Assembly (NCBI GenBank): GCA_964016885.1
Contig: OZ024756.1
Coordinates: 33,232,001 to 33,296,000 of the forward strand
Direction: 5' to 3'
Length of the DNA: 64,000 bases
From: Eledone cirrhosa
Taxonomy: Eukaryota
Shown here: positions 1 to 13,599 of the stretch, in pieces
How positions within the stretch are numbered: position 1 is the stretch's first letter
Layout: each line of letters starts with the position of its first letter
Translations under genes and position numbers: made by a program
Notes under the pieces: generated by a model
What the model was told of the DNA's origin: nothing
The model's database searches: none
What the model saw: the letters and a program-made list of their open reading frames with translations, nothing else

Positions 1-58
<58 letters not shown>

Positions 59-112
59 ACAGACGAATAGTTGCTGCACACATACATAAACACATATACA
101 TGCATACACACA

Positions 113-299
113 ATAATTGTTTCTACTTTTGGCACAAGGCCAGCAATTACTTCAGTACATTACTGGTACTTTATTTTATCTACCCCGTAAGGATGAAAGG
201 CAAAGTTAATCTCGGTGGCATTTGAACTCAGAACGTAAAGAGCCGTAACTCTATGCTGCAAAACAAGGTGTATAACCTTCTATAGATTCTGCCAATTCA
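113..299 (-). mobile_element. tRNA-derived SINE (main family)
   Basis: Reverse complement of A box TGGCAGAATC, B box GTTCAAATG and body ctttgcctttcatccttacgggg...gccttgtgccaaaagtagaaac; partial copy at 565-700. Confidence 0.85.
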
Positions 300-2223
300 A
301 TGCATACACACATTAATAAAAACACTAACGGTGATCCGCTTATAGATGGAGCTCCATCTGGTGCCACGGCTTTTAAGTGGGTGTCTCTGGCCATTCTCAG
401 CTATTAAAAGTTTGCCATATTGACCACAGGGTGGTCTGGGTCACTGCTCACCCACGGGTGTAGTGTTTATCCATCACCCTCACCATTTCCTTCCTTGATT
501 AATCATTTCTTTTTCTTTTCCTTCTTTTAATTTCATTTTCTTCCCATCCTTTATGTTCTCTTTAATAGTTGTTTCTACTTTTGGCACAAGGCACATTACT
601 GGTACCTTATTTTATCCACCCCGTAAGGATGAAAGGTAAAGTTAACCTCAACGGGATTTGAAGTCAGACCGTAAAGGGACGTAACTATGCCGGAAAGCAT
701 AATAGTGTGTTTTGTTTTTATTTGATACAGCTTAAATATAGACGTCAGTTTTTGATAATAACGCTTGAAAATAACGGGTCTACTATTCTGATCTAGTAAA
801 AAGGAATAAATATTCTAAAAGTTTCAAGGCTGATTTATTTTATAAAAGGTCAATCAGTAATTTTAAATCAACATAGCCACAGAACCAATGGCGTAGTAGT
901 AATGTTTGGTGTTAGTGTGTGAGAGGAAATCTCGTAGGAGAGGAGAAAGAAAATAAATGTAGAGAGAAAGAGAGATCGCCGAACTGTGTATAGAATGAAT
1001 TTCAATGACAATCGCTATAGGTCTGTGGTCTGTGATCTAGCAGTCTTTGTGAGTAGTCGAAGTCAAAGGATAGAAGGTGAATGACTCCAGGAAAGTGAGA
1101 TTGTGAGGAGGGAATTGCGTGAGGCGTGGACGAAACAGAGATTTATTGTTGTTCAGTCAAGGGATATTTATATATTTCCCATCTTTTTCTTTTTTTTTTT
1201 TTTTTTCTAATTCTTTACACTTTTATAGCATCAATTTCTTTTAAATGTTTTTCACCGTCACGCTACGCTGGTTATTCAGTCAGGGTCTACAGACACAAAT
1301 TTAGTACCCCTGACGTGTTGTAGCAGCAAATTGTTGTTGATTAATGGTGTGGTATTATCTGAGAACAGCAGAATTGCTATCACCCCCAAAGAATCCCCGC
1401 CCTTCTGTCGTACTCACTGACCCGCAATGTTTAGCATTGATGAGTGTGTACCATTTGCAGATGACTCACTGCAGCAATAATAACACCGCACAAACTCACA
1501 CACACAAACACATACACACACATGCACACATGAGGTGGGGGTTCTTTAGTGGCGATATAAATTCTGATTTTCTCAGATCCCTTTTATTAAGTCCAGTTAC
1601 TACAACGAACCAATACCAGCTATGTACATTTAGTTAGACCTCAAGATCAACTTGTTCACCTTTTGCTTTATACGTTGGATATAATTTCCTTTCTATTACT
1701 ACACTATATATATATGTGTGTGTGTGAGTGTGTGTGCGTGTGTTTGTGTGTGTTTGTGTGTGTTTGTGTTATCCCAGGTTCAATCGGGGGTAACCACAGT
1801 AAGTAAGGTAATATAGAAATGGCTTCTACAGGACTAGAACTGTTTCATTCGGAGAAATCAATATATATATATATATATATATTGTTATACTTGGGGAGGG
1901 TCATATTTGTGTAATATTGCCAGATTTAATAACAGAACACACTCACTGTTTGGTTGGTTTTCGCTTCTCGCTGTCTTTTATCTAACTTAATCGGTCTTAA
2001 ATGTTGCCATTGACTGACCGACGGTCAAAAATAATACAGATACAATATAGACACAAGCAAATATATATAGTTTATCATAAATCTTTCGTTGCACATCTGC
2101 AACATCGTCAGTGGTGTTATATTTTCCTCCTGTTGTGTTGTATGTCTACGCCATTTTTATTCAGTCTATTATATTTATTTATTTATTTGCTTGTTTGTTT
2201 ATTTTATTTTGTCTTCATCGCCG

Positions 2224-2273
<50 letters not shown>

Positions 2274-3120
2274 CAGTGTGCGCCACGTTGGAAATTTGGA
2301 AACATAAATGTAACTATGCTAATTGAAATGTCCAAAATATGTGATGGAAAATGTATTAAGTAATAAATCAACGAATAAATTTAAATGATTTACTACGACA
2401 TGATTCTCTAAATTTCCGTTACGTAAAGTTTTATAGGGTGTGTAATAGAAGTATTATGTAAAAGCGAAGATTTAAATTATTCATTAATTACATATACTTT
2501 TCTACTGAAGACTTTGTTGATAGTTCTCTTATATTTTGATATGAAGAATTAAAATAAATTTGTGTAACATATGTAAAAAAAAAATCAATTTAATTTATGA
2601 CAGATAGGTTGTTGAGAGACTATATAATATTATGTTAAATATCCATATAAAGAAATATTTTTGAATTTTATTCACAATACTTAAATAAAATTTTGAATAT
2701 GAATTCATTAAGTTAGACATTTATATACATTTATATACAGAAAATAATAAACTTTAAGTCGGAGATTTAATAATAATCTATTTTTTCTAAGAACTAACCT
2801 TTCATATAAGTTTAAACGATAGACAATTTTAAATTTAAATATAGATTTTTACTTAACAAATACACAAAATAATAACATACATAAATGTATACGTATGGAA
2901 ATGCATACGTACGTACGTACATGGGTGGGCGTGTGTCTGTGTTTGTGTTTGTTTGTATATATGTATATATGAATAAGATAATAATTACAAAAGTAATATT
3001 CTTTGAAGTGAATGTTTACAAGAAAAGTAAAATTGAAGAATTTATGAAACTGCTAGAACACATTTTTTATGGATGTGACAGTAACACAAGTTATATATAT
3101 ATATATATATGCTTCCACAG

Positions 3121-3250
<130 letters not shown>

Positions 3251-3575
3251 GCACCAGCCACAATAAATTCCTCAATTTAAGAATGACCTGTAGTAGCTAT
3301 TTCATACTATTAACCTTAATTGAATATATATCTGACCAGGAATGCTTTTTGTGAAAATCAGTCATATGGAACTATTGTCATCTTGCTTGACGGTTTGAAC
3401 TTTACAACACCACCTGCCTCTTTGAGGTCAAATACCAACCCTACTAGCACCTACAAACTGTCCAATGAGAATTAAGACTATTCCTGCTGACAACATTAAA
3501 TTATTCCTAACAAGCTCATATGTCCCAAGGCTCTGATACTATCAACACAGAGCTGGCATATCTAAGAACTGACTA

Positions 3576-3630
3576 ACTGCCTGATGAGGTCATAGCCATT
3601 CAATGGCTATCATCGAAATATAGTGTTTGA
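3576..3630 (+). ncRNA. Hammerhead core, 3'-truncated or degenerate
   Basis: CUGAUGA-GGUcAUAGCCAU uca AUGGCUAUcAUC-GAAA; helices I and III not satisfied. Confidence 0.45.
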
Positions 3631-3957
3631 CGTGCGTGTTAAGACATTGTACGTAGACATCTTGAAATAAATATGGTATATTCTCATACCTCTCGTTATA
3701 TGAAAATTACAGTAAATGGCATCTTTGAGTATATATATGTTTTATATATATATAGTATGTGTACAAACCAATCAATAAGGAGAGATAGGAGATTAGTTGT
3801 GAGAATTATAAGTCAGGTTCAAAAATTCGGTACTGTATTCTCTAACATCTAACATTAAATTTATATATATATACATATATATATATATATGAATTGAAAT
3901 AGATTAATCTTTTCAGGAGATACAACCATATTTCAACACACTTTTTCTGTTGGTGTT

Positions 3958-4143
3958 TAGGATTGGCAGTATCGGTAGAGGTTCGGACGCCATGCTTTTA
4001 CGCATAGAGTTACGGCCCTAGCCATTCTGAGTTCAAATCCCGCCGAGGTTAACTTTGCCTTTCATCCTTACGGGGTCGATAAAATAAAGTACCAGTAATA
4101 CACTGGTGATTTTGCTGGCCTTGTGCCAAAAGTAGAAACAATT
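3958..4143 (+). mobile_element. tRNA-derived SINE (main family)
   Basis: A box TGGCAGTATCGG, B box GAGTTCAAATCCC, conserved body. Confidence 0.88.
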
Positions 4144-4289
4144 CTTATAATTATCATATTGAGAAAAATATGGTTTGTTTTGGAATATGTAAATACACAG
4201 ACAGAGATGTCGGTCTGATGTAACTGGCTACCTGGTTTCATCATATGGTGTTGGGCAGATATAGATATATAAAAAGTACATGATAAAAT

Positions 4290-4480
4290 GGCATGTCAGT
4301 CAATAATATTGATGGCATCCCCACAGCCCCGGCGGACAGAATGGAGAAGGCGTTTCCCCGGAGGACGGCAATGGAGACACACTGGAAGAGCCATTCCAAC
4401 TCGCGAGGCTCACACCTGCGGATGGCCAGCTCAGCGCCTAAGGTGGTGAGTAGGGAGCTAGCCCTAGGGCTGAGATCATA
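4290..4480 (-). mobile_element. CRE-clade-like non-LTR retrotransposon 3' fragment (end of restriction-like endonuclease domain)
   Basis: GC-rich island; minus frame SPRASSLLTTLGAELAIRRCEPRELEWLFQCVSIAVLRGNAFSILSAG resembles the FQRxSxAxxRGNA C-terminal motif of CRE-like ORFs. Confidence 0.7.
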
Positions 4481-4755
4481 ATTTTCGGATAATTTCTTTT
4501 CTAATTGTATGTATTGAGAAAGATTTGTGTCGAAACAATTGCAAAGATTAACTGAATCACGAATTTATGTGTGTTATCCTGATTTGTTGCTTCGTGTTAA
4601 AATCGCATTTTCTCCTCGCTATATTTATATTTGCAAATGCTTAAACATATCAAGTTTACGTTTTTCACTCACAATTTGTCTTCAAGTTACTATAGGTGTA
4701 TGTATGTATGTTTCTTACATGACATTAATATATATATATATATATATATATATGC

Positions 4756-4786
<31 letters not shown>

Positions 4787-4930
4787 TATATATACTTATG
4801 TATAAGTATATATGTGTGTGTATGTGTGTGTGAGTGTGATTGAGTGTATATATAAATGTATCTGTATGGGTCTTTTTACGTAATTGATGCAACCATATAT
4901 TTACTTCTTACGCATATTATATATATACGT

Positions 4931-5029
<99 letters not shown>

Positions 5030-5527
5030 TGTGTATATATATATACAGAGTTAGATAGATAGGTAGGCATATATATAGATAGTTAGTTTACGACACTTTC
5101 TATTGTATTCTAACTGAGGTTGTTACTATATAACCCGTAATAAAATAACACAGCTGGATGAAGTGCTTGTCGTGCGTGTTAAGACATTGTACGTAGACAT
5201 CTTGAAATAAATATGGTATATTCTCATACCTCTAGTTATATGAAAATTACAGTAAATTGCATCTTTGAGTATAAATATGTGTTATACGTGTCTCTGCGTA
5301 TGAAACTTTAAAACAGTCTTATAATGGCTATGTTGTATTATGAATTGTGAATATGAAAGTAGTTATTTACGAAGTTTGGTATCTTGAAATCCTTTTACAA
5401 ATATGTTGATAGAAATCAATGTTTTTATAGTAGATGTACTTGAATACTTGAAAGAATGACGTTTTCATATATTTTAAAACAATATAGTACGATCACTTTA
5501 ATTTTGCTTTACCTTTCTGGTATTTAG

Positions 5528-5569
5528 AAACAGTATATTTCCTATCGATGGTCTTCGTGGTTGCATTTT
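5528..5569 (+). CDS. Candidate signal-peptide exon of the Ig gene
   Basis: tttAG acceptor, GTAAG donor; 42 nt, phase 1/1; hydrophobic xTVYFLSMVFVVAF would join in frame to (S)QDAEK; implies a ~40 kb intron; unverified. Confidence 0.35.
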
Positions 5570-7300
5570 GTAAGCCAAAGGACTGACAAACAATATCATC
5601 CCGATGGAGGTGTGTAAGAAAACAACAATATCATTTGCAAGAGCCATGACCTATCTTCATATGTATGAAGCTGTATGTCCATGAATATTATTGGGGGAAA
5701 TTTGATGACGGTAATTCCAGTATCCTCATCTGCCCTTACTTGACAACTGGCAACCGAGCCGTAACTAATCGGCCTTTATCAGAAAGTGGCCAAGGAGTCC
5801 AGTCGACCCCAGCTTTCCAATCAGAGTGATCCTTCTCCTAGGCATTCTGCGAAATCAATCTAACGAGGTTACTATTAGAATGAAAATATCTATATACAAA
5901 AATGGGTCCGAACAATTTTCCCGGCTCTTTAGGCGCATTTCCTTCGGCTATCTATTTTGATTGCTATAGTAAGACTTTGCAATTAAGAATTCTTAACTGA
6001 TACTTTATTATCATATCTAGATATCGGAGCTTATTAGATATTGAATGAGGTTAAGTATGAAATTTGTTGAAGAAAATATACAGTTCTAAGTAGAAAATAT
6101 ATACATGTCAAAGCTGCTTCGATATTGGAATTACGACGTTGCAATTTACAAGACTAGCATTTTGAAATTTGTATTCACCTATTTACTTTTTCAATGTTAA
6201 TGCTAAGTCGCTCAGGAATTGTATAAACGCATTTTAATGTTCATTTGTTTTGAAATTTGGTGAACTTGGAATTTTAGGAAGATTGATAAATCCATCTAAT
6301 AGCTATGAAATCCGGAACTTGAAACGAGAAAACGTAATTTTGACAAAATGGGTAAAAGTTTAACAAAATATGTATGTGTGTGTGTTTGAGAAGAATAGCT
6401 TCATGCAAATGAGAGACACGGAATAGAAAACTAGAATGCTTTCAGTATTCAAGAGAGGATTAAGTTTAAAGCTTCTTATCAATATATGGCTTTATCTTGG
6501 AGATTATTTCAAGATAGTTGAATGTAATATCAGAGCCGAAAACAAATTTATTCAAAGATTATCGGTAATTTATCTCTCACAACTTTCCTGACATATAAAT
6601 GTCGCTGGACGACCAGTCAAATTGACAGCAGTAGATTCAAATAAGCTGATGGGTATGTCACTCTATAAACTATTCTGTTTTTACGCAGTAATCTAAATAA
6701 AAAGTGAATGCACATATATAACAGTGGTGTTTTGGGAGGGTATATAAAAGTGCTAAATGTATTTGTTTACTTCACACTGATAGAAAAAGAAGAAAAAAGC
6801 TAGAGGATAGATAAAGAAAGGGGTTAGAAAATTTAGGATGATGTGAATTCTAAATAGTTAAAAACTGCTGGGAGGAGACACAGAACTAGACCCCGATCAA
6901 GATGGTTGGATAACATCCATGAGATTGGCTGGTCTTGCTTGGGGACAGAGCCGGATCAAATGTTTCGATCATATTTTGAACATAAGTGAAAGAATTCATT
7001 AACCTGACTTGGTATAGTAGTGCTATAGGAGGATAAATACGTAAGATAAATTATAATTAGAGTAACTAACTAGATAACGTATCAGTGGATATGATATATA
7101 GGGAAGAATTACAATATATATCAATTTCAAATGAGAATTGTAAGATTTCCTAAAGTCACTGCATTCTCTTCTTATTAAATATCGATAAAACATACACTTA
7201 CTGAATATTGATAATATACATATAAATAGATGGGTATATATATATATATGTATATATATATATGTATATATATGTATATATATATGTATATATATGTATG

Positions 7301-7392
<92 letters not shown>

Positions 7393-7495
7393 AATAAACA
7401 CATATCATCATATATATATATATATATATAAACACATATCATCATCATCAACGTTTTAACAAACGCTTTGCCTACTAGCAAGGCTATATATATAT

Positions 7496-8125
7496 ATCAG
7501 ACTACTGATGACGGACATTCTCGGTCTATTTTTATCCATATGTTCATATTCGCAAAAACGCACCACGCCATTTTTCATTCATATATAATTTTTCCCTTCG
7601 CTGTGGTTCGTATTTTTTCTGTCACCTTACTACTATCCTCTTTCTCTCTCCCCCTTCTCTCTCCTTCACCTCTTGCTTTCCTCCACTCCCGCTGCTGTTC
7701 ACTCACTCTCGACTGGCCCCTTCCTCACACTTTCACTCACTCACTCTCTGCTACTCCTCCTCTCTCACTTCCTCCCGTCTGACATGCGTGAATATTCTTT
7801 TCTCTCTCACTCTTCTCGTAGCTCGGACGCGTCTGTTTCTTCTCGTCATTTGATTTGTCGGACTTAAGCCCACAAGATTCATTGACTTGTCTCTCTTTTC
7901 TTCTCTTTACGTTGCATTACTACCATGCTGTTTGTTTCCATTCCTCTGTGTTCCTCTGTCCCGATAACTTAATTTAGTTATCGCTCGCACTGATTTTTGG
8001 TATCTAGTCTTTAATGCGAAGAAATACCAATGAGAATCAGCAGACTACTGGTGACGGACATTCTCGGTCTATTTTTATTCACAATGTTCATATTCGCAAC
8101 AACGCAGCACGCCATTTTTCATTTA
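7496..8125 (+). mobile_element. Element bounded by ~90 bp direct repeats (pLTR-like) between TA tracts
   Basis: 7496-7585 and 8036-8125 are ~85% identical; CT-rich interior. Confidence 0.5.
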
Positions 8126-8496
8126 TATATATATATATATATATATGCACACACGCTCATAGGGGGTGTGCAGTATCCATTTATCAGAATACCTGTATGT
8201 TCGCATCATTAAATATGTATCTTAACACTAACTGTTTTCAAGAGAGCTACAAAAGAATAGCCTATAGTAAATAACGTAAGCCATATATTATACTGGTTCA
8301 AAAGCTCATATATTCACGATTAATTTAGAATAAAGAGAAGACGTGATCACAGAACTTTTAGAATAATATTTTCACTTCTACGATGGAGTAGGGTGATTTT
8401 ATTTATACAAATTGCCAAACTTTAGATGTTACCATTCCTTATTAAGAGTAGAATATATTACTCATCGCGTCAAAGAATTTACTATATATATATATA

Positions 8497-8710
8497 TTGT
8501 TATGCTTTGGGAGGCTCATGTTGCCAATAAGAAACACACGCACCAGTTGCTTCACTCCAATTTTTTGTAAATTAAATTTATAATAAATTGGAGTGAAAGC
8601 ATCTGGTGCGTGTGTTTCTTATTGGCAACATGGCCCTCCCAAAGCATAACAATATCGGTTTCAACACACGTTTTCAGATGGAATCTTGCTAAACAAATTC
8701 AGAAACGATA
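8497..8710. mobile_element. Family D element with internal fold-back
   Basis: ~65 bp inverted arms 8497-8655; homologous to the linear copy at 54868-55110; end abuts (TA)n. Confidence 0.65.
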
Positions 8711-8864
8711 CATATATATATATATACATATATATATATATGTATACATATCGACAGTCAATAGACTTCCGTCAAATCGGACCGAGGAAACAGTGTTTCT
8801 ATTGGTTTTTCTAATACCCTCTATCGGTTTTGCTAATAATCTCTATCGGTCGCAACTCGAGGTA

Positions 8865-8990
8865 GAAGGAGCAACGTGAAATAAAGTGTCTTGCCCAAGG
8901 ATACAGGACATCATCCGGTCCGGGATTCGAAGTCACAAACTCACGATTGCGGATCCAATAATCTAACCGCCCACCCACGCACCTTCACAT
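8865..8990 (-). mobile_element. Second SINE family (CORE-like); relatives near 12220-12335, 30410-30520, 37490-37600 and 52530-52700
   Basis: Minus strand tRNA-like head with ...ttcgaatcccgg... B box followed by CORE-like t(a)tccttgggcaagacact. Confidence 0.55.
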
Positions 8991-9019
8991 ATATATATGT
9001 ATATAAACATGTATATGAA

Positions 9020-9074
<55 letters not shown>

Positions 9075-9167
9075 ATGTATGTATGTATATATATAAGATC
9101 CCGTTAAGTGTGAAAGCAGCGATTATTTGCTTAAACTTTGATCTGTTCTTATAAAACACACACACAT

Positions 9168-9244
<77 letters not shown>

Positions 9245-9784
9245 GGTGTGTATGTGTGTGTTTGTGTGTGTATATATATACATATGAAAGAGGTATTTAA
9301 TGCAGTGAATCCATTTGTATGGCGCCAGAATGCGACTGAACAAAGTTTTGATCAAGCAACGAAATAACATTAAAACTGATTATTGTAAAAAAAAAAAAAC
9401 TAAAAAAAATCACAGTATTAAATATATTTCGGTCTTTCGATTCTCACTTTTTTATTCGAAACGAACATAATTGTTCGTATAGGGGCGTGAAGAAGGGAGA
9501 GTCTTTCATAATTGATGGGTATATATAGTATATATATATATGTAAACACACATATCATCATCGTCGTCGTTTTAGCAAACGCTTTGCCTGATACATACAC
9601 AAGAGTAGATCTAAATGGACAATTACTTTAACTGTTTGAAATTGAAAATCCGTGGGCCCTGTTTATTTATTTATATATTTATCTATTTATTGGTTTATTT
9701 ATTATTATTAATATTATTATTATTGTTGATGTTGTTGATGTTGTTGATATAATCATCACCAATGTTATTATTATCATTATTAAG

Positions 9785-10218
9785 CGCGGTGAATTGGCAG
9801 TATCGTTAGACGGTTGGACGCGATGCTTTCTAGCAAAGTTATGTCCCTTGACGGTCTGAGTTCAAATCCCGCCGAGGTTAACTTTGCCTTTCATCCTTAC
9901 GGGGTCGATAAAATAAAGTACCAGTAATACACTGGGTAATTGCTGGCCTTGTGCCAAAAAGTAGAAACAATTATTATGATAATAGTAACAATAATAACAA
10001 TGGTGGGTTGGTAGTATCGGTAGAACATCAGACACCATGCGTTGCAGCATAGAGTTACGGCCCTTTGCGTTCTGAATTCAAATCCCGCCGAGTTTAACTT
10101 TGCCTTTCATCCTTACAGGGTCGATAAAATAAAGTACCAGTAATGTACTGGTTTCGATTTAATCGACTCTCCACTCTTCCCAAATTACTGGCCTTGTGCC
10201 TATACTAGAAATCATTAT
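9785..10218 (+). mobile_element. Two tandem SINE copies (short subtype, then long subtype)
   Basis: 9785-9975 and 10003-10218, each with A/B boxes and body. Confidence 0.85.
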
Positions 10219-10220
10219 CA

Positions 10221-10853
10221 TCTATATATCTAAAACAGAGAATGTCTATCTGACTCCCTAAAATTCGAGAACAGCCCAACCGATTGTTTTCAAACTTTAC
10301 ACATGTAATACCTATGGTCCTGTGAGTCTTTTGAGCAAAGAAACTTTCAAATTTCCAATGTCCTAGGGACCGCATTAGGCGATTTAGCGATCTCTCTCTA
10401 TAATTCTTAGTCTTTCTTTATAGATAGATATATAGATATAACGTTGCGCCGTTATAATATCTGCCTGTATGTCTGGCTGTCTGCATGACGACCTTATGAC
10501 GCGGTGTGTGTGTGTGTGTGCGTGTGTGTGTGTGTATAGGGTGTATATATATATATATATATATATTGTGTAACGTCTTTCGAAATATTTTCTTCTGCGT
10601 TCACAGATTGATTTTTTTTAGTTTCAGAAGATCCCGTTAAGGGTGAAAACAGCGATTCTTTTCTTAAACTTTAATCTGTTATTTTAATATATATATATAT
10701 AGAATTATATATTCGCCTACAGATAGTTTTGCATACACAATAACAAAATATAAACAAACGTATTTACTTCACGAAGTTTGATAAGGATAAATATATATCA
10801 AATATATAAGAATCCTAGAGCAAATCCGGAGCAACGCCGGGCCATTCTGGTAG
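10221..10853 (+). mobile_element. Non-autonomous Helitron-like element
   Basis: A|TCtatatatc start; subterminal hairpin ccgg-agcaacg-ccgg; GTAG|T end (CTAG-like); carries a nested family A fragment. Confidence 0.55.
10620..10670 (+). ncRNA. Hammerhead-fold motif with CAGAAGA (U4A) core (family A)
   Basis: Helix I AGUUU/AAACU; CAGAAGA; UCCC guuaa GGGU; GAAA; family consensus helix III AGCA/UGCU (intact at 58009-58053). Confidence 0.5.
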
Positions 10854-11332
10854 TTATCATTATTATCATTGTTTTCATTATTATTATTATTTGTGTGTGT
10901 TTGAAACTATCCCCCATTAACAGTTTTGGATCAATATAAAGGATAGCATCCTTCATCTTTCAAAATTTCCTATTGTAAATTTCTTACTACGAAATCAATA
11001 ATTAACAACTATATTTGTATATTGTTAAATACTTGGTTTATCTAGTCGACATTTACTTTAGAAAGGCAGGAAATGTTATTTTTTTTCTGTTGTTGTTTTT
11101 CGAACGAACTTCCTTTGAACTGTTATTTATCAGTCGACCAAGCATCTCTATTAGCTTTACAATATATAACAGACTACAATCTCTGGAAAATAAATGTAAA
11201 ATACTATAAATGCACATACATACATACAAACCTACGTACACACGTTTATACGCGTCACTCTCTCTCTCACCCTCTCTCTCTCTCTCTCGCCCTCTCCCTC
11301 TCTGTCTCTCTCTCTCTCTCTCTTTGTGTATA

Positions 11333-11415
<83 letters not shown>

Positions 11416-11506
11416 GCATATATAACTATATCTTTGTCTATTGTCTATCTAAACATATATATGTACATATGTGTATATATATATATATATATAGGTGTGT
11501 GTGTGT

Positions 11507-11555
<49 letters not shown>

Positions 11556-11574
11556 CATACATATATATATATAT

Positions 11575-11687
<113 letters not shown>

Positions 11688-12654
11688 CATATACACATAC
11701 GCATAATTACATATATACATAGATATATATATGTGTCTCTGTCTTTGTACGTTCAGAAATAGAATAGGACAATCTGTAACCTTTTAAATGAAAACACGTT
11801 TAATGGCAATGTTCGAAATCGTGATAAATTATGTTATTGTCAAAGATTTATAAATATGTGGAGTTAATATAAATAGATTTCTGTATTTCAATAGGAGTTA
11901 GGTTGAATGAGAGATATTTCATTGTATCAGTAAAGGTTTTATCGAAGCAGTAAATGATTGGACTATGCAGAAACAAATATTTGAATACTTGTATTCCTCA
12001 CCCGATGTTGTTAGGCCTTCGTCGGTTCCGAAGCTGAGTGTTCCTGTTGTTAGAACAACGAGTATGTCTGCTCAGGAAATTAACGTGCAAATGACTCAGC
12101 ATTTCGCCGACACATGACTTAGTTCTATAAGATCTTATTCATCCTATCCTCACACAATGTTTGACAAGGCTGGTCCTTTGTCATTACAGTCATAGCTATT
12201 TTTCCCCGTATAATTGGACTAAAAAAAGCATGGAATAGATTGTCGTGCTGAAATACATTACATGTCAACTAGAATCGTCTTCATAGTCTTACATTCGTGA
12301 GTCGAATACGCTAACTCTTAAGCCCCTTGCTTTTCCCAAGTCTATATTATGATTAATGCCATCTCATGGCCTATTTGTATTTGCCATTACGTGACTTCAT
12401 TCTTTTCCTTGTTTTTAAAGGTTGGCTCTTACAGACAGAAACACATTAGTTCTATTATGTAACAACACGTATTGTATGTAAAATATCTAGCTCCAACGTG
12501 AAAGCAGACACACCATAGTTGGTTGAAGTTTGGAACAGTAAAATTCCTAGTTATAGCAGGTTTTAAATCAAGTTTATCACGGGTTCAATCGGGGGCACCC
12601 ACAGAAAGTAAGGTACTCAATATATAGCACAGTATAAATATTTAATATAGAAAT

Positions 12655-12705
12655 GGCTTCTACAGAACTAGAAGTGTTTCATTCGGGAGGAATCATCAGG
12701 AACCC
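12655..12705 (-). ncRNA. Type I hammerhead ribozyme (family J), second copy
   Basis: Minus strand reads GGGUUC-CUGAUGA-UUCCUCCCGAAU-GAAAC-ACUUCUAGUUCUGUA-GAAGCC; same family as 28099. Confidence 0.6.
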
Positions 12706-13359
12706 CATCTATATATATATATCTGTGCGTGCTATAAAATAAAATGCATTGAAAAAACACCACACCGAGAAAAGTTGAAAAAAATGCGAAAAACAAAAAC
12801 AAGAAACTAAAACCATTATTGAATTGGTCTTGTCATTTGCAGTTTATCAAATGATTTTCACACATATTTACCATGAAAGAAAGACTTGACGTTATTCTGA
12901 AATTGCCTATTTTCTACTTTATTCAAAGCCAAATCTAACAAAGAGATTTTAGCATGCGATGTTTATTCTACGAGAGGGGAATTATAACTTCTAAGAGACG
13001 TCGCATCCATCCTCTTGTCGCAAATAGCAAGTAGTTATGGCAACTGAATAGAAGACAGTTTACTATAAAGCATTTAGTTAGACAAGGGTTAGACATAGCG
13101 TTAATTGAAGAGAAAAATCGCCATTTTATTGACGCAGCCAGACGTAAGCTACAATAACATATAACAAAATTAATTGTGGAGTGTTTGCTGTTTGTTTTAA
13201 TTTGTTAAATCCCACTTCTTATCTTAATTACACTTTTAGTGTTTTTCAATAACATAGTTTTCGGCCTTTTCTAAACTTAAATAATACATTTCTTGCACTT
13301 ATAACAGGATTATAATTTCACGATTGTGGAATTATTTATTGATTTATTTATAAACACAC

Positions 13360-13426
<67 letters not shown>

Positions 13427-13453
13427 CATATATATACGTATATATATATATGT

Positions 13454-13484
<31 letters not shown>

Positions 13485-13513
13485 CACATATATATGTATT
13501 TATATATATATAT

Positions 13514-13599
<86 letters not shown>

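Noticed and set aside
889-1291. Possible solo LTR (TG...CA, minus-strand AATAAA)
   Set aside because: Terminal repeats are imperfect, there is no target-site duplication, and no convincing PBS.
3958-4045. tRNA genes
   Set aside because: A and B boxes are widely spaced, there is no cloverleaf, and they are fused to the SINE body.
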